Of a DNA stretch of 64,000 nucleotides, positions 58,583 to 64,000 are shown piece by piece. The number at the start of each line of letters is the position of its first letter. Position 1 is the stretch's first letter. The stretch comes from an uncultured Pseudomonadota bacterium (lineage in GTDB: Bacteria; Pseudomonadota; Alphaproteobacteria; Rs-D84). The position numbers were made by a program, and so were the translations under genes. The notes beneath the pieces are model-generated. The model was given only the letters and a program-made list of their open reading frames with translations, did not search any database and was not told where the DNA came from. The stretch covers positions 17,516-81,515 of the forward strand of contig OOHL01000003.1 in the NCBI GenBank assembly GCA_900321105.1, written 5' to 3'.

Positions 58583-59368
58583 ATGAAAAAGCTGTTATCT
58601 ATCTTTGTTATCACAATGTGTGCCTTGACTTCTGTGTCTCAGGCGGCTGTTAACATTAAAAAAGCAGCACCAGTTGCAACCAAGAAAACAGAAGCTATGG
58701 AATCTGCAACCAGTCTTTTACCAACGGTTATTGGTTTGGTAAGTAGCGTAAAATCATTAAACGCGCAACAACAACAATTAAGCGCGGATTGTGCGCCAAC
58801 CTATGATGAGCTAAATACGGTTAATGATTTGGTTAAAGAATGGGCAAAATTGGGCGAAACAACCGCTGCATCTGCGGCAAGTGGTTTGGGTAATCAATGT
58901 ACAAGTTATCAGGCATTTATGGATTTGGCAGATGATGATGAAAGTTGTTACGAAGCCTTTACATCAGAATCGTCTGACAAGGATACTATTTGGGAAAATT
59001 TTCCAAAAGCCACTTCTGCAAAAATCTGTGAAGATGGCAGCAGTAAAAATTGTAAAAATGTATCCAATATATATGACATCTTTGGAAAGCTTCCGTTCAC
59101 GGATGCTGATTATACAAAATCCGAAATAAAAAAAGTTGCTGCGTTAAAAGAAAAAGCAACACGTTGTGCGCCGGCAAAGATTGCTGCGGCAAAGCGTGAA
59201 TTATATGGTGGTTTTTTAACCCAAACACTTAGCAGTGTAGGTCAATCAACAGGTGCTGCTGGAACTGCATCAGTCTTGGAAGCAGTGTCGTCAATGGGTG
59301 GCAGTGGGGATATAAAATCTATGTTGCCGTCACTTGGTTCAATGGCAACTCAGATGTTCGATAAATAA
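58583..59368 (+). CDS. Secreted Cys-containing helical protein with Gly/Ser/Ala-rich amphipathic ends
   Basis: Signal peptide, six mature Cys, LLPTVIGLVSSV and GAAGTASVL..MGG..MLPSLG segments. Confidence 0.8.
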   Translation: MKKLLSIFVITMCALTSVSQAAVNIKKAAPVATKKTEAMESATSLLPTVIGLVSSVKSLNAQQQQLSADCAPTYDELNTVNDLVKEWAKLGETTAASAASGLGNQCTSYQAFMDLADDDESCYEAFTSESSDKDTIWENFPKATSAKICEDGSSKNCKNVSNIYDIFGKLPFTDADYTKSEIKKVAALKEKATRCAPAKIAAAKRELYGGFLTQTLSSVGQSTGAAGTASVLEAVSSMGGSGDIKSMLPSLGSMATQMFDK

Positions 59369-59381
59369 AAGATAAAAAATT

Positions 59382-59408
59382 AAAAAAGCACACGAAAGTG
59401 TGCTTTTT
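59382..59408 (+). terminator. Intrinsic terminator
   Basis: AAAAAGCACAC-gaaa-GTGTGCTTTTT. Confidence 0.8.
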
Positions 59409-59474
59409 CTCTTTACTCAATTTTGAAAAAAAGGTATAATTAATCTGATATTAATCAAGGGAAAGGAATTACAA

Positions 59475-60863
59475 ATGAAAAATAAGTATTATGTATCAAC
59501 ATTATCTTTGGTTGCTTGTATCGCATTGACAGGATGTGCCGGGACCAGAAATGACGCACAAAATGCGGAATATGATATGCCTGCGGTTGAATATGTTGAA
59601 AATTTAAATGTTAATGATGCACCGCATCAAGATTCCTTTTTAAATCAATTGGCAATGAATTACAGATCTTATGCAATTTATAATGCCAGAACCAGTGGTT
59701 ATCCAGATATTGCCGAACTGTTTGCACAAAAGGCCATCGGGGCATTTTCTGGTGAAACACCTTTCCCAGAATCTTTGGATAATTGGCAGATTAGAAACGA
59801 AAGCGAAAGATTTGAAATATATACTGCATATAATAAGTTAATGGATGAATTAAGGGATGATGCCACGCAATTGCAACCACAACTTGCCGCCGAAGCACAG
59901 GCAAAATTTGATTGTTGGATTTCTGCTGCGGCCAGTGGACAGAATGCCACTGCACAAGAATGCAAGGCGCGTTTTGAATCAAGTTTGCAAACATTAACAG
60001 ATTGTGCAAATGGCAAAGTTATTGCCCCAACACATGTTAAATCTGAAAATCTGACTCCGCAGGTTGCAGAAGAAAAATATTATCCAGAAACACGTCGTTT
60101 GAACGCAATGTCTGGAACGTCACGTTCACGCGAAGGGGTTGTTATTGTTAATAATGTAAACATTCCTGGAAATTTGATTCAACCTGTGCCTGTGACACAA
60201 CAACCATCAATGATATTTAATCAAAATATTTATGGTGGCGAAGAAAACGCAACTGCGGGTGACGATGTAATAAATGCCAATGGTTTGGATGATAATTATG
60301 TATCAAGGGATGAATTCGTTGATATGATGATGGCTATGCGTGCCGAATTGGCGGCGATAAATGCTCGTTTGGATGAAATGGGTAATGGGGACAAGACTGT
60401 TATCAAAGTTCAACAGATTCCGCTTGAACCAAAACAACATGTTATGGAAGAAGTGTTCGAAATCCACTTTGATTTTGACAAGGCCAGAATTAAACCAGAA
60501 TACGAAGATGTAATCAGAAAATTAGCTGCTACAACCCAGGCTAACAAAAATGTGAAAGTTTCGGTTGTTGGGCATACTGATACAGCCGGTTCCAGTTCTT
60601 ATAACTATGCACTTGGTGGTCGCAGGGCAGAAGCTGTTCAAAAAATGTTGATTGAATACGGTATTCCGTCTGCACAGATTATTGCCGTGTCCGCCGGTGA
60701 AGAAGATTTGAAAGTTCAAACACCAAACAATACACCAAATGCGGAAAATCGTCGTGTTCGTGTTGTAAAAGAAGTTCATTATACAGAACCTGCACCACAA
60801 GTGGCACCAATCGTTGTTGAAGAGTATTCTGAAACAGATGAAGATTGTGTTGAATGCAAATAA
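59475..60863 (+). CDS. OmpA-family peptidoglycan-binding lipoprotein
   Basis: Lipobox LTGC; AEAQAKFDCW N-domain; C-terminal FDFDKA, GHTDTAG..YN.AL..RRA, NRRV. Confidence 0.9.
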   Translation: MKNKYYVSTLSLVACIALTGCAGTRNDAQNAEYDMPAVEYVENLNVNDAPHQDSFLNQLAMNYRSYAIYNARTSGYPDIAELFAQKAIGAFSGETPFPESLDNWQIRNESERFEIYTAYNKLMDELRDDATQLQPQLAAEAQAKFDCWISAAASGQNATAQECKARFESSLQTLTDCANGKVIAPTHVKSENLTPQVAEEKYYPETRRLNAMSGTSRSREGVVIVNNVNIPGNLIQPVPVTQQPSMIFNQNIYGGEENATAGDDVINANGLDDNYVSRDEFVDMMMAMRAELAAINARLDEMGNGDKTVIKVQQIPLEPKQHVMEEVFEIHFDFDKARIKPEYEDVIRKLAATTQANKNVKVSVVGHTDTAGSSSYNYALGGRRAEAVQKMLIEYGIPSAQIIAVSAGEEDLKVQTPNNTPNAENRRVRVVKEVHYTEPAPQVAPIVVEEYSETDEDCVECK

Positions 60864-60928
60864 CAAGGTGTGTTGCAATGAAAATTAAAAAAGAAGTAGA
60901 TGAATAAAGAATATTGACAAAAATACGC

Positions 60929-60957
60929 TTGACAAAAAAATTTGTTTAGTGTATTAT
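60929..60957 (+). promoter_or_regulatory. Strong sigma70-type promoter
   Basis: TTGACA-17nt-TATTAT with extended TG; a second TTGACA at 60914. Confidence 0.7.
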
Positions 60958-60997
60958 GTCCGTAATTGATAGAGAGAAAAGCGCAAAAGGTATAAAA

Positions 60998-61144
60998 ATG
61001 GCGAAGCAAGACTCTTTTAAAAAAGCAGCGGAAAACGCAAAAACTGCGGGTTTCAAGAAAGCTGTGGCAAAGATTGATTCCAGACGAACAGTGAATTTGA
61101 TGGAACAATTTAATGCTCGTAATATGTTTGAAAAGGCTGCCTAA
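60998..61144 (+). CDS. Small basic Lys/Ala-rich protein (48 aa)
   Basis: AAGGT SD, own promoter upstream and a GGGGC/GCCCC hairpin downstream. Confidence 0.65.
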   Translation: MAKQDSFKKAAENAKTAGFKKAVAKIDSRRTVNLMEQFNARNMFEKAA

Positions 61145-61182
61145 ATAATCTGGCGATTCGGTTGGGGCGGTGTTTTAGCCCC

Positions 61183-61211
61183 TTGACTTTTACCTCTTTT
61201 TCCCCTATAAT
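61183..61211 (+). promoter_or_regulatory. Sigma70 promoter of rho
   Basis: TTGACT-17nt-TATAAT. Confidence 0.75.
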
Positions 61212-61268
61212 AAACTTATCAAAAGCAGCGAAGTTCTTCGTTTGCGATTTCCACAAAAAGGTTTTTTT

Positions 61269-62537
61269 ATGCATGTAAATGAATTAAAGACAAAGTCTCC
61301 TCAACAATTGTTGAAGATGGCTGAAGATATGGGGATTGAAAATCCTTCCCAATTAAATGTTCAACAATTGCGTTTCGCGGTTATGCGTGTTTATGCCGCC
61401 GATAAATCAATCGTTCTTATTGGTGATGGCGTTTTGGAACGTATGCCAGATGGTTTTGGTTTCTTGCGTGCCCCGGAAAGTAATTATTTGGCGGGACCTG
61501 ATGATTTGTATGTATCGCCAAATTTGATTAAAAAATATGGTCTTAAAACAGGTGACTATGTCGAAGGTCAAATTCAGGCACCACAAAATGAATCTGAACG
61601 TTATTTCGCATTGGAAACAATTGAACGTGTAAATGGGGATGATCCGGAAAAATTGCGCCATCGTATTTCTTTTGATGATATGACACCGCTTTATCCAGAT
61701 GAAAAATTGCAAATGGAAGTGCCAGATGATACAGACAAAGGTCGCAATTTATCCGCACGTGTTATTGATTTGATTTCACCAACGGGTAAAGGGCAACGTT
61801 CACTGATTGTTGCACCACCAAGAACTGGTAAAACAGTCATGTTGCAAAATATTGCACATTCAATTGCAACTAATTATCCAGATGTTAAATTGATAGTTCT
61901 TTTGATTGATGAACGTCCAGAAGAAGTTACGGATATGCAACGCAGTGTTCGTGGCGAAGTTATTTCATCAACATTCGATGAACCAGCAACACGTCATATT
62001 CAGGTCGCAGAAATGGTAATTGAAAAAGCCAAGCGTTTGGTCGAAGCAGGTCAAGATGTTGTTATCTTGTTGGATTCTATTACACGTTTGGGACGTGCGT
62101 ATAATACGGTTGTCCCATCCAGTGGCAAGGTTTTAACCGGTGGTGTTGATGCGTATGCGTTGCAACGTCCAAAACGTTTCTTTGGTGCCGCCCGTAATAT
62201 CGAAGGCGGTGGTTCGTTGACTATTATCGCAACCGCTTTGATTGATACAGGTTCAAAGATGGATGAAGTTGTTTTCGAAGAATTCAAAGGAACAGGTAAC
62301 AGTGAAATCATCTTAGACAGAAAATTGTCTGACAAGCGTGTGTATCCTGCGATTGATATTACTAAATCCGGAACCCGCAAAGAAGATTTATTGGTATCCA
62401 AAGATACATTATCAAAAATGTATGTTTTGCGTCGTATAATAAACCCAATGGGAACATTGGAAGCAATGGAATTTTTGTTGGATAAATTACGATTGACCAA
62501 AACAAACGATGATTTCTTTAATTCGATGAATCAATAA
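61269..62537 (+). CDS. rho: Transcription termination factor Rho
   Basis: [53 protein letters not shown]. Confidence 0.98.
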   Translation: MHVNELKTKSPQQLLKMAEDMGIENPSQLNVQQLRFAVMRVYAADKSIVLIGDGVLERMPDGFGFLRAPESNYLAGPDDLYVSPNLIKKYGLKTGDYVEGQIQAPQNESERYFALETIERVNGDDPEKLRHRISFDDMTPLYPDEKLQMEVPDDTDKGRNLSARVIDLISPTGKGQRSLIVAPPRTGKTVMLQNIAHSIATNYPDVKLIVLLIDERPEEVTDMQRSVRGEVISSTFDEPATRHIQVAEMVIEKAKRLVEAGQDVVILLDSITRLGRAYNTVVPSSGKVLTGGVDAYALQRPKRFFGAARNIEGGGSLTIIATALIDTGSKMDEVVFEEFKGTGNSEIILDRKLSDKRVYPAIDITKSGTRKEDLLVSKDTLSKMYVLRRIINPMGTLEAMEFLLDKLRLTKTNDDFFNSMNQ

Positions 62538-62565
62538 AAAGTCCGCCAATATGGCGGATTTTTTT
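62536..62565 (+). terminator. Intrinsic terminator
   Basis: GTCCGCCA-ata-TGGCGGAT followed by a T tract. Confidence 0.75.
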
Positions 62566-62578
62566 AAAAGGTGATGAT

Positions 62579-62806
62579 ATGAATAAATTATATATGGTTA
62601 TTATAGTTGGCGCGGTTTGCGCCGTTTTTTATTTTTATGGAATAAATGTAGGAAACTCGAAATGCACAATACAAAATTTCCAAGAACAAATAGATTTAAC
62701 AAAACAAAATCAAACAAAAGAAAGGATATTAAATGAAACAGTATATAAAACTGGTGTGGCTGATATTCGTCGCATCTTGCGCGATAAATACTCAATCAAG
62801 GAATAG
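62579..62806 (+). CDS. Small type II membrane protein, i-spanin (Rz)-like
   Basis: AAGGTG SD; N-terminal TM followed by a helical periplasmic segment with one Cys. Confidence 0.65.
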   Translation: MNKLYMVIIVGAVCAVFYFYGINVGNSKCTIQNFQEQIDLTKQNQTKERILNETVYKTGVADIRRILRDKYSIKE

Positions 62807-62918
62807 GGCAATTTGTGATTGTGAAATAATTTATGGGCATGCACACGATTGGGAAAACATCAGTGATGATTTGGCACGCAATATTTATAAACACAATTTA
62901 AAGTGTGAAAAAAACTAG
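62733..62918 (+). CDS. Small lipoprotein, o-spanin (Rz1)-like, overlapping the upstream gene in the +1 frame
   Basis: Internal AAGGA SD; signal peptide with lipobox VASC; further Cys residues (CDC, KCE). Confidence 0.65.
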   Translation: MKQYIKLVWLIFVASCAINTQSRNRAICDCEIIYGHAHDWENISDDLARNIYKHNLKCEKN

Positions 62919-63748
62919 TCAAAAGTTTTTGCAACAATGCCAATCAATTCACGAACAACATTTTCGCTTTGTTTGTCACCAGAAACAGCCCATTCAACAA
63001 ATTCAAAATTTATTGCATCGCTAAATTCCGCAACAAAGGCGCGCGCAAAATCAAGTGATAATCCATTTGGTTCTGGAACCCAGACATCTTTGAAATATTT
63101 TTCATCAATTCCGTCAAAATCGAAAGAAACAACAAATTTTCTGTTACCAATTCTGTTGTGAACTTCTTTGAATGCAGCTTTCCAATCAGATTCATTTTGT
63201 AATTGGGAAGGTGCGCGATAAAATATATTATTATCTTTGACATATTGTATTTCGGATGGTTCAAATGAACGTGATCCAAAATAAAATAAATTTTCTTTTT
63301 TCAATACAGGTTTTTTTATTGGCAATGATAACCAACGCGCATCACCTTCGCCCAAAAGGTGTCTGACATTTGTTCCGTGTGGCGCACCAGATGCTTCGGC
63401 TTTGGAAGATTCTGGTGTATGAATATCCAGATGTGCATCAAAATATACTAAACAAATATCTTCGTCTGGGTATTGGTCTGCGATTGCAGAAAAATGCGAA
63501 AAATTAACACTGTGGTCACCACCAATAAAAATATGTTTTTCATTTGGTGTATTTGGATATATCAATTTGTGCATATTAAATGTATCGCCAAAACGATCGG
63601 TATTGTCCACAACGGGCGGTGTAATAATTTTCCAATCTGCCATTGGAAACATTTTTTGAACGGCATGTGGGGCCAGTGCAGGTCCAACATTATCCATTAA
63701 CTTTGCCGTAGCACCGCGGCTATATTCAACGCCAAGGAATTTTATCAT
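62915..63748 (-). CDS. Arginase-family (ureohydrolase) protein
   Basis: GGDHS, DAHLD, SGAPHG, SFDFDG, PNGL. Confidence 0.88.
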   Translation of the reverse strand: MIKFLGVEYSRGATAKLMDNVGPALAPHAVQKMFPMADWKIITPPVVDNTDRFGDTFNMHKLIYPNTPNEKHIFIGGDHSVNFSHFSAIADQYPDEDICLVYFDAHLDIHTPESSKAEASGAPHGTNVRHLLGEGDARWLSLPIKKPVLKKENLFYFGSRSFEPSEIQYVKDNNIFYRAPSQLQNESDWKAAFKEVHNRIGNRKFVVSFDFDGIDEKYFKDVWVPEPNGLSLDFARAFVAEFSDAINFEFVEWAVSGDKQSENVVRELIGIVAKTFD

Positions 63749-64000
63749 TGATAGCTCTCTATTACACTTTCGGCTGCATCTTGTATTTTTTGCAGACTTT
63801 TTTCATAAGTTTCACAATCGCGTGCAATCTCAGATTTATATGCATCGCGCAAATTCGAAGCCATATAATAGCAACCACGTAAATGTTGAACACAATATTG
63901 ATGTCCGGTATTAAATGCGTTTTGTCCACGAACACGACTTTGAGTATCTGCCCATTCAATATTAAGTGCATTATCTATGTTAACCCATGGATTATCACCA
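63745..64000 (-). CDS. 5'-truncated short member of the cysteine-rich family (not in the ORF track)
   Basis: Open frame 63999->63745 reads ...RGQNAFNTGHQYCVQHLRGCYYMASNLRDAYKSEIARDCETYEKSLQKIQDAAESVIESYQ*; its TGA overlaps the arginase ATG. Confidence 0.8.
   Translation of the reverse strand, partial: GDNPWVNIDNALNIEWADTQSRVRGQNAFNTGHQYCVQHLRGCYYMASNLRDAYKSEIARDCETYEKSLQKIQDAAESVIESYQ

Noticed and set aside
8542-61268. N-terminal extensions of many ORF-track calls (nrdR, infA, envC-like, kinase, Fic, ctpA, carD, ssb, DUF374, M23, lptC, rho)
   Set aside because: The extensions run through promoter or terminator DNA; downstream ATGs match family N-termini or SD/promoter spacing.
55796-62918. 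Prophage spanning the Imm-like and spanin-like genes
   Set aside because: Intervening genes are core (eno, lptBC, OmpA, rho); there are no integrase, capsid, terminase or tail genes.
63762-63971. 69-aa minus-strand ORF in the track
   Set aside because: Wrong frame; the overlapping frame 63999->63745 shows family homology and couples to the arginase start.

Overview
AT-rich, gene-dense chromosomal segment of a bacterium with alphaproteobacterial hallmarks (CcrM-type methyltransferase, CarD, alpha-type SSB, RpoH-type promoters) and anaerobic metabolism (pyruvate:ferredoxin oxidoreductase). The gene content suggests a reduced-genome gut lineage such as Rs-D84/Ca. Enterousia; this placement is inference only. 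Housekeeping genes (nrdR, rnhB, pgk, clpPX, infA, envC-like, ctpA, nifJ, bamE, carD, ssb, groESL, tilS, ftsH, prmC, eno, lptBC, rho) are interleaved with many orphan genes. Main observations: (1) a dispersed family of at least seven related secreted, cysteine-rich helical proteins with shared Cys modules, several carrying Gly/Ala-rich hydrophobic hairpins, including one member missed by the ORF track at the right edge; (2) an array of 3 structured ~115-137 nt units downstream of tRNA-Gln(CUG), each ending in the tRNA 3' end plus CCA and carrying its own 5' strand that can rebuild the acceptor stem; (3) an orphan overlapping Rz/Rz1 spanin-like gene pair and a T4 Imm-like gene without any prophage; (4) many apparently leaderless genes, including a bidirectional promoter with a palindromic -10; (5) stand-alone effector-like genes (kinase, His-less Fic, GNAT, orphans) with basic C-termini. 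No integrase, transposase, CRISPR array or rRNA was seen. All calls come from reading motifs by eye; no database search was run.
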